A stretch of 64,000 bases of DNA from Macrostomum lignano (lineage: Eukaryota), in the NCBI GenBank assembly GCA_002269645.1, contig NIVC01003749.1, forward strand, positions 15,046-79,045, in the 5' to 3' direction. This document shows, piece by piece, positions 1 to 12,700 of the stretch (positions are counted from its first letter, which is position 1; each line of letters opens with the position of its first letter). The notes under the pieces were generated by a model. The model did not search any database, was not told the DNA's origin, and worked only from the letters and a program-made list of their open reading frames with translations. A program made the position numbers and the translations under genes.

Positions 1-267
1 ATTACTTTTAATGCACATCAATTGACTAAAACAACTGCCTAGCGACGTACTCGAAAAGTATAATTTTGTAGTTACTTTCAGCTCGAAGGAATCTGATTTT
101 AATAAAGGTAAGCTTATAATCAATATACACATCTAAAATCATATATACGAGTATAAAGGTATTTTCGACAAAATTCCCAAGGCTTACGAATAAGTTTATG
201 ACGCTAAAAACAGTTAGCATTTTTGTATTTGACTGTCTCTGTGTCGAGAGTACAGTGAGGTGTCTAG

Positions 268-2284
268 AGGGTACACTGGCACTGGCATTCAATGACATGC
301 AGTGCTACAGGCCTTCAAAAGGCACTGCTACAGGCTTTCATAAGGCACTGGAACAGGCCTTCAAAAGGCACTGCTACAGGCTTTCATAAGGCACTGCAAC
401 AGGCCTTCAAAAGGCACTGCTACAGGCTTTCATAAGGCACTGGAACAGGCCTTCAAAAGGCACTGCTACAGGCTTTCATAAGGCACTGGAACAGGCCTTC
501 AAAAGTCACTGCTACAGGCTTTCATAAGGCACTGCAACAGGCCTTCAAAAGGCACTGCTACAGGCTTTCATAAGGCACTGCAACAGGCTTTCATAAGGCA
601 CTGCAACAGGCCTTCAAAAGGCACTGCAACAGGCTTTCATAAGGCACTGCAACAGGCCTTCAAAAGGCACTGCTACAGGCTTTCATAAGGCACTGCAACA
701 GGCTTTCATAAGGCACTGCAACAGGCCTTCAAAAGGCACTGCAACAGGCCTTCAAAAGGCACTGCAACAGGCTTTCATAAGGCACTGCAACAGGCATTCA
801 AAAGGCACTGCTACAGGCTTTCATAAGGCACTGCAACAGGCTTTCAAAAGGCACTGCTACAGGCTTTCATAAGGCACTGCAACAGGCCTTCAAAAGGCAC
901 TGCTACAGGCTTTCATAAGGCACTGCAACAGGCTTTCATAAGGCACTGCAACAGGCCTTCAAAAGGCACTGCTACAGGCTTTCATAAGGCACTGCAACAG
1001 GCCTTCAAAAGTCACTGCTACAGGCTTTCATAAGGCACTGCAACAGGCTTTCATAAGGCACTGCAACAGGCCTTCAAAAGGCACTGCAACAGGCTTTCAT
1101 AAGGCACTGCAACAGGCCTTCAAAAGGCACTGCTACAGGCTTTCATAAGGCACTGCTACAGGCTTTCATAAGGCACTGCAACAGGCCTTCAAAAGGCACT
1201 GCAACAGGCCTTCAAAAGGCACTGCAACAGGCTTTCATAAGGCACTGCAACAGGCATTCAAAAGGCACTGCTACAGGCTTTCATAAGGCACTGCAACAGG
1301 CATTCAAAAGGCACTGCTACAGGCTTTCATAAGGCACTGCAACAGGCCTTCAAAAGGCACTGCTACAGGCTTTCATAAGGCACTGCAACAGGCTTTCATA
1401 AGGCACTGCAACAGGCCTTCAAAAGGCACTGCAACAGGCTTTCATAAGGCACTGCAACAGGCCTTCAAAAGGCACTGCTACAGGCTTTCATAAGGCACTG
1501 CAACAGGCTTTCATAAGGCACTGCAACAGGCCTTCAAAAGGCACTGCAACAGGCTTTCATAAGGCACTGCAACAGGCTTTCATAAGGCACTGCAACAGGC
1601 CTTCAAAAGGCACTGCAACAGGCCTTCAAAAGGCACTGCAACAGGCTTTCATAAGGCACTGCAACAGGCCTTCAAAAGGCACTGCAACAGGCATTCAAAA
1701 GGCACTGCTACAGGCTTTCATAAGGCACTGCAACAGGCCTTCAAAAGGCACTGCTACAGGCTTTCATAAGGCACTGCAACAGGCTTTCATAAGGCACTGC
1801 AACAGGCCTTCAAAAGGCACTGCTACAGGCTTTCATAAGGCACTGCAACAGGCTTTCATAAGGCACTGCAACAGGCATTCAAAAGGCACTGCAACAGGCC
1901 TTCAAAAGGCACTGCTACAGGCTTTCATAAGGCACTGCAACAGGCTTTCATAAGGCGCTGCTACAGGCTTTCATAAGGCACTACAACAGGCTTTCATAAG
2001 GCACTGCAACAGGCCTTCAAAAGGCACTGCTACAGGCTTTCATAAGGCACTGCAACAGGCTTTCATAAGGCACTGCTACAGGCCTTCAAAAGGCACTGCT
2101 ACAGGCTTTCATAAGGCACTACAACAGGCTTTCATAAGGCACTGCAACAGGCCTTCAAAAGGCACTGCTACAGGCTTTCATAAGGCACTGCAACAGGCCT
2201 TCAAAAGGCACTGCTACAGGCTTTCATAAGGCACTGCTACAGGCCTTCATAAGGCACTGCAACAGGCTTTCATAAGGCACTGCT
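268..2284. repeat. 23-bp minisatellite (aggcactgc[a/t]acagg-ctttcata/ccttcaaa), about 2 kb
   Basis: Directly visible tandem units with two binary-variable sub-motifs. Confidence 0.97.
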
Positions 2285-2437
2285 AGCATTATCAGATAAC
2301 CAAAGAAAGGCCGCGTATTTTACATCTGTAGTTTGGCTACACATCAGTAAGGTGTACACATTATCAATAAAACATTTGCAACGGCCAAAATATCCAATTT
2401 TCAGACTGCACCGCGTGAGTTACCCATCGAATTCACC

Positions 2438-3547
2438 ATGCCATTGATAAGACTGACAAAGCCAGTGCTGTTCCTGCTGGCGCTACTGCTGCTGGCCCTG
2501 GGCACGCATCGAAAGATCTTCAGCGATCGCGGCCATTCTGTCATTTCTCCAAGCCGCAGCGCCATGAAAACAAAGGACACGGTGCCAGCGACTGTTGACA
2601 ACCCGCTACTGTCGGGTGCCTGCGGCGCCTACAGTGAGCTCCGCAGCGTCAACTTTCTGCACAAGTCCATCAGCGAGAGCATCTGCGAAGGCGTCGCCGC
2701 CTACACCATCGTGGACAGCGCGTTTCCGCTTTGCCGACTCAAGCAGCACCTGCCGCTGGTCCTCACCGAAGGCGTCAGAGCTGCAAGCGTGCAGACCTTC
2801 ATCAGAAGCCCCCTCACCCAGAGAAACGTCTCCAGCTTCGTCTACTCGAGTCCCGACTTCATCTCGACCAGCATCCGCAAAGAGCACATCTTCGAGGAGA
2901 GGAACGTCCGTAACATGCAGCGAATCATTCAGAAGCTGGCCGCCAAGTCGCCCGTCACCTTTGTGGACGTCGGCTCGAACATCGGCGTGTTCACCCTGTC
3001 GATGCTCGATCTCGGAGTGCCCGTCATCGCGCTGGATGCGAACATCCGCAACTTGATTCGAATCAAGCTGTCAGCCGAGGCGGTTGAGCCGCCTCACAAG
3101 CTGCACCTGCTGTGGAACTTCGTCAGCAGGCAGGTGTCGCTCATGTACCTGAACTTTCCGAAGGATTGCAACATCGGCGGCGCTACCAAGTTCGGCAGGG
3201 CCGTCGTCGACACGATCCCAGTTATGTCGTCGACCGCGGACTCCATCGTGCCGCTTATCGACACCAAGCTGGTCGTGTTGAAGGTCGACATCGAAGGAGG
3301 CGAAGGCGAGTTCTTCAAGAGCGCGAAGAAGCTGTTCGAAAGCTTCACAATTCCCGTGGTGCACATGGAGTGGCTGAAGAAGCACATGAGCGAGGAGGAG
3401 CGCCAGTTCATGATCAGCTTCTTCGCTGGGAGGCGCTACAGCCCGAGGACCATGAAAGATCTAACCAAGTTGATAAACATCAGCCACACAGGGTATCAGG
3501 GAGACGACCTCATTTGGGTGCACAAGAACTTTGAAGGTGGAATATGA
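2438..3547 (+). CDS. FkbM-family (Methyltransf_21) SAM-dependent methyltransferase with N-terminal signal anchor, intronless, 369 aa
   Basis: ATG in accATG context; hydrophobic LFLLALLLLAL; FkbM motifs FVDVGSNIG, VIALDAN, LKVDIEGGE; strong GC3 bias. Confidence 0.88.
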   Translation: MPLIRLTKPVLFLLALLLLALGTHRKIFSDRGHSVISPSRSAMKTKDTVPATVDNPLLSGACGAYSELRSVNFLHKSISESICEGVAAYTIVDSAFPLCRLKQHLPLVLTEGVRAASVQTFIRSPLTQRNVSSFVYSSPDFISTSIRKEHIFEERNVRNMQRIIQKLAAKSPVTFVDVGSNIGVFTLSMLDLGVPVIALDANIRNLIRIKLSAEAVEPPHKLHLLWNFVSRQVSLMYLNFPKDCNIGGATKFGRAVVDTIPVMSSTADSIVPLIDTKLVVLKVDIEGGEGEFFKSAKKLFESFTIPVVHMEWLKKHMSEEERQFMISFFAGRRYSPRTMKDLTKLINISHTGYQGDDLIWVHKNFEGGI

Positions 3548-4747
3548 GTGCTTTTATATGACAGAACTTGTATGGGCTTCAAGGCAATGCTGAAATTTGG
3601 CTTCCTAAGCTTCTTATTTCGCTTCCTATTCCGGCGAACTGTACTACATGTAACTATAATAATTGACTAGCTGTAAGATCAGCTTCTGTTGGTGTGGCTC
3701 TGCTATGTAGCTTGAGTTGAATTTGTATAATCAATCAATGCTTACTAGCTACTTTGGATTGTGAACTTACGCTCGTAGTTTGCTATCATCAGCCTGGTTG
3801 GAATTTCATAAACCACTGGTAAATCTACGCGCGTACTGCAGCTAACAGTTACAGTGAATTATATCAATCTGACCGTGTCTGTTAGCCCTGTGTGGCTCAA
3901 ATAGAGTTTCCATTGAATTCTCGTGTGCTTTGCCAGTCCGATAAGAATTTACGAATTATAGATTCGAGTATTCAACTATAGCTATAACATTTTTTATCAA
4001 TAGTTAGCCGTATGCACATGACGTTTAACATTGTATGCAGGTTGAGCTACACGGAAAAGTCTGAGACCATATTTTGGTTTGTACGAATATATGCTGCATG
4101 GCGTCTTAATCGTCGTCTCAATACTTCAAAGTTTAGTTTAACGCTTTTTCTACTAACCATGCATTCTTATCTCTACCCATGAGCTAGAAAAACTACTTGC
4201 ATAAGCATGGACGCCAGGTGTCTGGAATCAGTATTTTAACAGTGATAAAAGCACCCGGATAATACATATAGGGTACGCGTTGTGAGATACGCCCTACTAG
4301 TTTATTGTGTAAGGAGTCCGGTGCGTATTTGCTTAGTGAAGGTGGCTAGGGTACAGTACTAGTAACAGTCAGTAAAGTGACAATTTACTAGTAGAAAGAA
4401 TTATCTTATCATTAACTCGCGTTATACTTGAGCAACTCTGACTGTTTATTAAAATGACATGGATCGCATTTAGACTTGCTGGTCTACGCCTAAGGCACGT
4501 CAACACTATATAGTAGGATTTCTCGAAAACAGAATCGAATTAAACAAACTAAACGTTTCACCTTTCACGTTTTCATCTACATTTACGCACAAAATTTGCA
4601 ATTAAGAATTGACGTACACAGCCTTTTATCTTCAATTTTGATCAGCCAGATCCTAATAAAAATTACTATGTGGAAATTCAATTCAGACTACGAGCATTCA
4701 GTCTGGGCCAAAGCTTACGGAAAATCAATAAAAACAAACACCAATTC

Positions 4748-4927
4748 ACAACAGACGAAGCCTTTATAATTTAAATATGGGCTTTTTGTCTATGGCTAAA
4801 CCCTTTACATACTCTGCCTTTATCTTTCTTTGATGTACTTCGTGCTGGCACCGAAGCCGGTTCAGCCATAGACAAGAAGTCCATATTTAAATTAAAAAGG
4901 CTCGGCTTTAAATTGGCCGTCTGTTGT
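4748..4927. repeat. Imperfect inverted repeat (arms about 55 and 70 bp, spacer about 55 bp); MITE-like or hairpin
   Basis: 4748-4802 acaacagacg..aatttaaatatgggctttttgtctatggctaaacc matches the reverse complement of 4859-4927 apart from an about 11-bp indel. Confidence 0.8.
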
Positions 4928-7771
4928 TATTGTACCATGACCTTTGTGCCCGCTGGGCACTTATTCTTGCCTTTTAATGCCATAGACTACATTTAAGCCC
5001 GCTTGCTTTAATGCTTTAAACTTACTTTAATGCAAATTAGCTGGCAGTCAAGTATAAGATATTCCATGGGTTTGAGGTCGTTATGATTTAAGTGAAATAC
5101 CGACCCAAAAAACACATAGAATATCTTATTTGAACTACTTTAATTTTTCGGGATGTATTCAGATAAATCCCGGAGCCATACTTGTATGTCTATGGTTGAA
5201 GTTGGGGATGGGGTGTGGGGGCGAAGCCCCTGCTGGGGGTGTGGGGACGAAGCCCCCCACATTCTTACCATAGACAAAATTTCATTAAGAAATTTCTCGA
5301 GTCACGAAGGAAGAGAAGAGAGAAGCTCGCTTATTTCGATACATACAATAATCCTTGCAATATGTCCGGGAAAGTGATCGATTGAATCCCGCAAAATAAA
5401 ATCTGTCAATAACCTCCCTGAAAGTGAGCTTTAAAGTGGCTGATTGGTGAAAAAGGCAGGCAAGGTCAGTACTTCATCCTACGCTTGCTCAAAGGCCGCG
5501 ATGTCGTGTCGACTGTCATCATTTGGTCATAGTGATGAGGATGCACTTTTTTCAAAGTTCACGCTCGCACATGGGCTTCAAACTTGCCTACCAACAGCAG
5601 TCTATATGGGCATTTTTCTCCTTTTTATGTAATTTTCTTAGAATTCATACTAGTAGGATTTTTGTAGCTACATGTACATGCAGTATATGATTTTTCCATA
5701 CTTGTAGTTATCATAACATAGGCGCGGTTTTAGCTACTTTTGGGGTCATAAATCATTGCTTGTGATCTGGTCTGACAGCCATCTGCGCCTCACTCAGTGT
5801 TGAGGCTGGCGCCAGATGGTCTGAGCAGTCGAGCAGATGTGGGCGGTAGCTTTTTTCTCATCATTTTTGACAGGCCATCAGATTTATGAGGTCAGGGCCT
5901 ATTGTTCATGTTCACTCAAGCGTGTGACAGCTTTGACAGCTATGCGTTTTACCCCTAAAAGTACTTTGGTATTAGTGATTAGCGATTTCTCTTCCCCATC
6001 TTCACTTTCTACTTAATAAGATCTTTCAATGTATATTTTTTCATTAATTTTTGTAATTCTTACGCGAAAAGTCATAAATCATCCTGTAGCGATTTTGAGT
6101 GGTTTATGATCGACTGCACCTGGCGTATTTTTATGGCCCCGAGGGAACTGATAGGATCTTTTGATCACGTGAGTTTGGGTGGCAACAAGCTCAGCCAATC
6201 AGAAAATTCGACGTCGGTTATAAAAAATCGGCTCAGCCAATCACCCAAGAGGACATTCTGCTTCTCAAACTTAGCAGATCTTGTATCTGTGCCATTCTTA
6301 GCAGATCTTCTCAATCTCAATCTCAATCTTCTCAGTCAATGTCTTCTAGGGCAGCGTCGAGGTGTTCCATTTTAACAAATTGCGGTCCAGTTGGCGGCTA
6401 TTTAAACCGATGTTTTTGGCCCGCTCGGACTCAACCTTCCACCGGCTCTTACCTCTGACAAAACCTCGCTCCTTCGGAGTCACGACCGTCGTCTCTTGAT
6501 CCTCGGATTGCGACCCACCCCCTCATCTGCAAGGACGAATCGGACCCCCGGTCGACGGCATCGATCATCGAGGTTAAGATCATCACCTGCTAGCTATCAG
6601 CAAGACTGTGACATTATCATCCCGGGTCTACAGCTGCGAAGCTAAGCCGATTCGGTCACTGTGGATTACCTGGTCTCCGGCTGTTGAGTATCTGATTGGT
6701 TGGGTGAGATCGGCTATCTAGACTTGCTTGATTGGGTGATTCCTTATCTGTCCTCCACAAATGTATTTCAGTAGCTGGATTAGGCGCACACTTTTGCTCA
6801 TTTTGTTCATTAGTGCTGTTATTGAGGCAGAAATCACTTAATAATACTGTTAGTAGTCTGATACTCCAATTCAAGCTGAAGTGAGAAGTGATTAAGTGAG
6901 AGGGTTAAATCTGACAGTTATTTTATCGGTTTTATTTCTTTGTTCGCCGATGGCTCAGATGAGTAGCTAAGCTAGTAGGCGCCGTCGCAGTAGTGGACCA
7001 ACGGAAAGGCAGTTCTCAGTCGATCAATCTAGTAGCTACCCCATAGTCTCGCCACTGCAAGAATCCCCTTGCACAAGTCCCCTCGATCTGTACCTGCATG
7101 GCCAATGCGATCAAGTCCCAGCAGTGTCGCTTATCATCGGCTATGACTTCGAGATTGACAGCAAAAAGACACTATAGTTGGCAGGTAAGCGCTAAGCCCC
7201 TTCTAGTCGGAAGCCCAATTTCGAAAGCGAAAGCGGATTAGCTGGTCTCTACCTTCGAAATTCTCCCTGCTCGTCTCTCGCTGCCCATCTCTTAGCTATA
7301 GGACCTAGACTGCTCGCCACAGATCAAGCTACCATGGGGCTGACCATCTGACAGGAGTGGGGGGCCAGGACTCCAATTGATTTATTTCTGAGACCTGAGG
7401 CCCGAAGGCTTCCTCAAAAGGCCGACACCCATCACTAGCAAGTCGAATTCCGGATGCCTAAAGCGCAGTTTACTCAGCTGTGGATTCAGCACCGAAATTC
7501 TGGCGAGCCTAGCCTGTTCAGCAACTGTGCTGATATTTGCTGCACTAACAATCAAGCTCGATATTGAGCCAAAATTTTAGGAAGGAAATTGCACTTCTAC
7601 AGAAGTTTGTAAATTGGGTTCAACAAGTTATAACTTTACAGGGATAATCTGATTTATTTAATCCTTGCAACTGCAATTAGGCATATTACTACACAACCAA
7701 AACTGTGCTAATTAAATATAAACTGTTCTACAGGTGAACAAAAAAGCACAAACTGCCTTGCGATGGTAATC

Positions 7772-8892
7772 CTACAGTCTGCATGTAAGAATCGGTAGAA
7801 TCCTGGAAATTGCCATGGAGTTATCCATTAACATCTTGTGAGTGTAGCTCAGGTGCATGAACTTGTGAACTGTGTAAGAACTGTTCGGTATTTTCTTTGT
7901 CTCAAAGTTGGTAGCATTGAGCCTTTTGCAGTGCTGCTGCTTCATCTTGGGAAGACTCCCCAGATTCTTTGCCCGGCAAAGTTTCTTCAGCCTTTTTGGA
8001 ATCCATGCCACATCCCAGAGGGCTGGAAGGCGTCTGCCTCGGCCAGCATGTTGCCGCACCAGTCCACAGGTCGGTCGCTCTGCTCCAGTGCCGTGTAATT
8101 CTTGTAGAATGTGTGCAGCATTCTGGGTCCCGTGACGTACACCGCATCGCGATGACCTCTCTTGGTCTTGTTGGCCCAATTCTGCTCAAACCATGTCGGC
8201 CAGGTCTTCAGCACGAAGCTCAGGAAGCTGTGATTCGCTCGGCTCATCATCACCGCATTTGAAATCAGTGCCGGAAGATTGAACGTGAAAACTGCGTGCT
8301 CAGTAGGCTCCTGACTCCACACTGCTGACTCACAGTCGAAGTTCGGAGTCAGCCCCGCTCCCTGAAGCTGCGACGGTCTCAGCAGCGGTGTCGGATCTCG
8401 AAGCAGCTCCACATCCGTGTCGACGTACAGACCGCCGACGTGGTGCAGCACGACCAGACGGCCGATGTCCGATCGCTCCAGCCCGTTGACCAGCTTGCGG
8501 TAGCTTTGAACAAGGTACGGATAGTGCTTCGAGATGAGCTCGGAGATCTGCTTGTCGTCCCAATGCATGAAGTGCCAGGCCTGGATTCGGCTACCGTTAC
8601 TCAGCCGTGCCCAGGAGCGCACAATGGGAATCAGCTTGGCTGGCACTCGGCCGTCTTTGCTGGTCCAGTGCACCAGCGGCGGGATGGAGTCCGGGAACTG
8701 GGAGGGCAGCTCGCCGCAAGGCAGCCCGTCGTGCAACGGTAGGGACGTCGGCGTACGTGCAGCAACCTCCTGAGCTTTACATTTATAGGTACGAGTCGTT
8801 TGCGCAATGAAATACGCTGTTCTAACTGACACGAATGTCAGGACAATTAAAATTAGCAGACGCTTTTGCTTCCATGTTATAATGCCGAGCAT
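7772..8892 (-). CDS. Glycosyltransferase family 32 (DXD, OCH1/A4GALT-like), type II membrane protein, intronless; 1-bp frameshift at about 8020-8022; about 373 aa when corrected
   Basis: N-terminal TM; IPPLVHWT, WDD, ERSDIGRLVVLHHVGGLYVDTDV (DXD) and TGP motifs. Adding one base to the C-run gives FQP-LWDV..., continuing into the 7772 ORF with the C-terminal His motif YTVHKFMH. Confidence 0.87.
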
Positions 8893-9718
8893 GTCGCATG
8901 TGACAAATTCGGCAATTGTGCTCAGTGAGAGAGCCTAATTAATCTTTTCTACTTCAGACGCAGAAGACGCCTGAGACAAATCATGCACGGGCCTTACGTA
9001 GTACACGCGGTTATGCCTGTTAAGCATCATGGCCCGTGCTGCCAGGGCAAACAGGCTGTGTTTGGGGGTTGGTCGCTCTGGGTTCTGCTTACAATCCCAC
9101 GGAGTATCAGTTGGGGTGGCTGTTCGCCCGCGCTCACGCTCGCCCGGACTAACATGCTCGTAGCATAAAGCCACTCTGTCAGTGCTGTAATCTGCAGATT
9201 GACAGTCAATACACCCATAACAAACATATACGAGATAGCTTATAACACAGAAAATAAATTAATAACTTCATATCTTAATATTGTATTTTCATTCCATTCG
9301 TTAATATGATAAGAGCATGAAAGATATTGTAGCAAACAGCTGGACATAAAGATGACAGCTCACAGGGAAAAACTGCACAAGATTTAGCAGTAATTTTCTA
9401 CGCGATTCAACCAAAAATGAAATGAAGAACGCAATTAAATCGTTTCGAAAATTGAAGTGAATTGAAAATTAAAATTTTAAACGGTTCCCATACGGACAGA
9501 GGGGCAACAGTCACACAAAGCATAAGTAGTATAGAGCGAGTATATAAATATTGTTACAGTTGAACATTATTACAAAAATAACTTTTTTTTCACAGATCTG
9601 ATAAACTGCGCCAAGAACATACAGCAGAATATTAAAAACTGGATCGGATACAAACACAAAAATATTTCAATTTATACAAGTAAATTGGTAGGAGAAAACA
9701 AGTGGAGACTTTGAAAAT

Positions 9719-12700
9719 TTAATCAAACGGATAGGTTGTCGACGATACAGTCGATGTAACGCTAGAACTACCGATTGCGCTACTTGTAGTACTATCAGTA
9801 GTAGTAGTAGTAGTAAAAGCAGTAGTTGTCGGCTGTATAGTTGTAGCCGGTACGAGACTTGTGGGCACCACTGTGTTGGAACAGTTCACAATCTGTACAG
9901 CCGAGATGGTGGCCTCCTCTTTGTGGTCCAGCATGTAGCTGGAGGTTACGGCGAAGTTGAATCGCAGGTAGACTAAATTCTCGTCCGTGGGTAGGGAGCA
10001 GAACCGGCTAGATGAATGAAGAAGCATGGGATGGGGACTGCTGCTCAATTGGCGCTCTTCATCATAAGTCAAAACTAGTCTTAAGGGTGAGATTCTCAAT
10101 AAAGACAAATATCGTATCAAGTTGAGATTATTGAATCTGAGTAAGTCTCAAGGGTGAGATTCTCAATGAAGATAAACACAATCTCAAGGATGAGATTCTC
10201 AATGAAGATAAACACAATCTTAGGGGTGAGATTCTCAATGAGATTAACATAATCTCAAGGGTGAGATTCTCAATGTAGATGAACAATCTCAAGGGTGAGA
10301 TTCTCAATGAAGATAAACGTAATCTCAAGGGTGAGATTCTCAATGAAGATAAACACAATCTCAAGGATGAGATTCTCAATGAAGATAAACACAATCTCAA
10401 GGGTGATTCTCAATGAAGATAAACACAATCTCAAGGGTGATTCTCAATGAAGATAAACACAATCTCAAGGGTGATTCTCAATGAAGATAAACACAATCTC
10501 AAGGGTGATTCTCAATGAAGATAAACACAATCTCAAGGGTGATTCTCAATGAAGATAAACACAATCCCAAGGGTGATTCTCAATGAAGATAAACACAATC
10601 TCAAGGGTGATTCTCAATGAAGATAAACACAATCTTAAGGGTGATTCTCAATGAAGATAAACACAATCTCAAAGGTGATTCTCAATGAAGATAAACGTAA
10701 TCTCAAGGGTGAGATTCTCAATGAAGATAAATACAATCTCAAGGATGAGATTCTCAATGAAGATAAACACAATCTCAAGGATGAGATTCTCAATGAAGAT
10801 AAACACAATCTCAAGGGTGAGATTCTCAATGAAGATAAACACAATCTCAAGGATGAGATTCTCAATGAAGATAAACACAATCTCAAGGATGAGATTCTCA
10901 ATGAAAATTAACATAATCTCAAGGGTGATACTCAATGACGATAAACACAATCTCAAGGATGAGATTCTCAATGAAGATAAACACAATCTCAAGGATGAGA
11001 TTCTCAATGAAAATTAACATAATCTCAAGGGTGATACTCAATGACGATAAACACAATCTCAAGGATGAGATTCTCAATGAAGATAAACACAATCTCAAGG
11101 GTGATACTCAATGAAGATAAACACAATCTCAAGGATGAGATTCTCAATGAAGATAAACACAATCTCAAGGGTGATTCTCAATGAAGATAAACACAATCTC
11201 AAGGGTGATTCTCAATGAAGATAAACACAATCTCAAGGGTAGATTGAAGATAAAGATGAAGATAAACACAAGACTCACACAAGAGACTCGGTGCTGCCAG
11301 TGTCAACCCTACAGACCAGCCGAGACGAAAGCAGATGCAACGATCTTGGCCCAACGCTGGTTGTCAGAGTGTCATTGGCGGTCTCGCACAAGCTGGTGTC
11401 CCCGTAGACAATGGACATTTCAATTTTGGTAACCGTGATAGAAAAATAATTATCGTTAGTTAAATTAACATAATTTTGTATGTCCATTGTCATTACTCGG
11501 TCTCTGTGGCTAAAGTACACAGCATACGGTTGTAGCAGAGGCTTAGTGGAAGTTAGAACAATTGATCTCGGCAATAGAAAGAACAATGAGCAGAAGGTGC
11601 CAATGAGCAGCAGCAGGCAGATGCTCACAGTGACACCAATCCATAGTACAGTGCGTCTCGGTTTCAGCCGCTTGTCAGACAGTGGGATCAGGGCAACGTA
11701 CTCGCGTTCTGAGTCTGGGTTGAGTATAGTACAAGTAAACAAAACTTTTAAATGACCATATCAAGTATGTAAAATGCAAAAACATGTAAAAAACATGCAA
11801 ATAAAAAGATTATCTGGCTCATTCCATATAAGATAGACATATTTGGAAAATAGAAAAAAGTCAATATTTTTGCTTGCCATTGCCTAATTAGCCTATTTTT
11901 TTACCAAATGTTTATATTGTGCAATATATACAATCTAAGAATAAAGGAATGGTAAAATGTTGGATTAGTATGTTATCAATTGGCAAAAAGTCATTTTTGT
12001 AAAAATTTGGACATTTTTCGAAGCAAAAGACATCATTAAGATTTTGTACCCTTTAAAAACAAATAGAAAGCTTTTGAAGGTTGAAACAAACTATAGATAA
12101 AAGTATAGTACTTGCATCATCAGATAAAAGCATTGGTGACCAAATAATCTATTATATTTTTAATGTATTAGTGCCTCAAAGTTACTGAATTGACAGAAAA
12201 AAATGTGTTACGACCATAATGTTACGACCATAAGGCTGCCTTTTCTTTTGTATCTTTGTTGCCTTTTGAGTTTATATATTCTAATAAAAGAGTATGATTT
12301 CTAAAGATGTTCTTAGTCAAATTTTAAAAATGTATTGCAAAATATCAAAAATGAAAAATGTTATAAGACTTTTACCTTTTAGTTTCTATATGTCAAAAAT
12401 CCTGTCGTTACGACCATAAGTGTCATTTAAGGTTTAATAGCATCTATACTAATGATGATATCTATATGAAACTCTATAAATATATTCTAGACAAAATAAT
12501 CTTTCATTTAAAATATTGGTTTAGTATATTCTATGATTAGATTTCATTTTATAAGTAAAAATAACCTGTCATGTTACGACCATGCTTATATGGAATGAGC
12601 CATCTGATTCTTTAAAATTAACTTATTGTTTATAATTTCTGATCAGGTTTTTTATATCTAGACTACTTATATAGTAAGTAGTTTTGAGGATTGTAAGAGT

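Noticed and set aside
268-2284. CRISPR-like regular repeats (also other 20-36-bp arrays)
   Set aside because: Units are contiguous with no unique spacers, there are no cas genes, and the context is eukaryotic.
2401-3534. Overlapping alternative-frame and antisense ORFs in GC-rich genes (also 7.8-8.8, 56.6-57.3, 59.3-60.3, 62.4-63.2 kb)
   Set aside because: Expected shadow ORFs of high-GC3 coding sequence; no recognisable motifs.
5770-5830. Stem-loop ccatctg..cagatgg as an ncRNA or ribozyme
   Set aside because: No hammerhead or other conserved core found; a single short hairpin.
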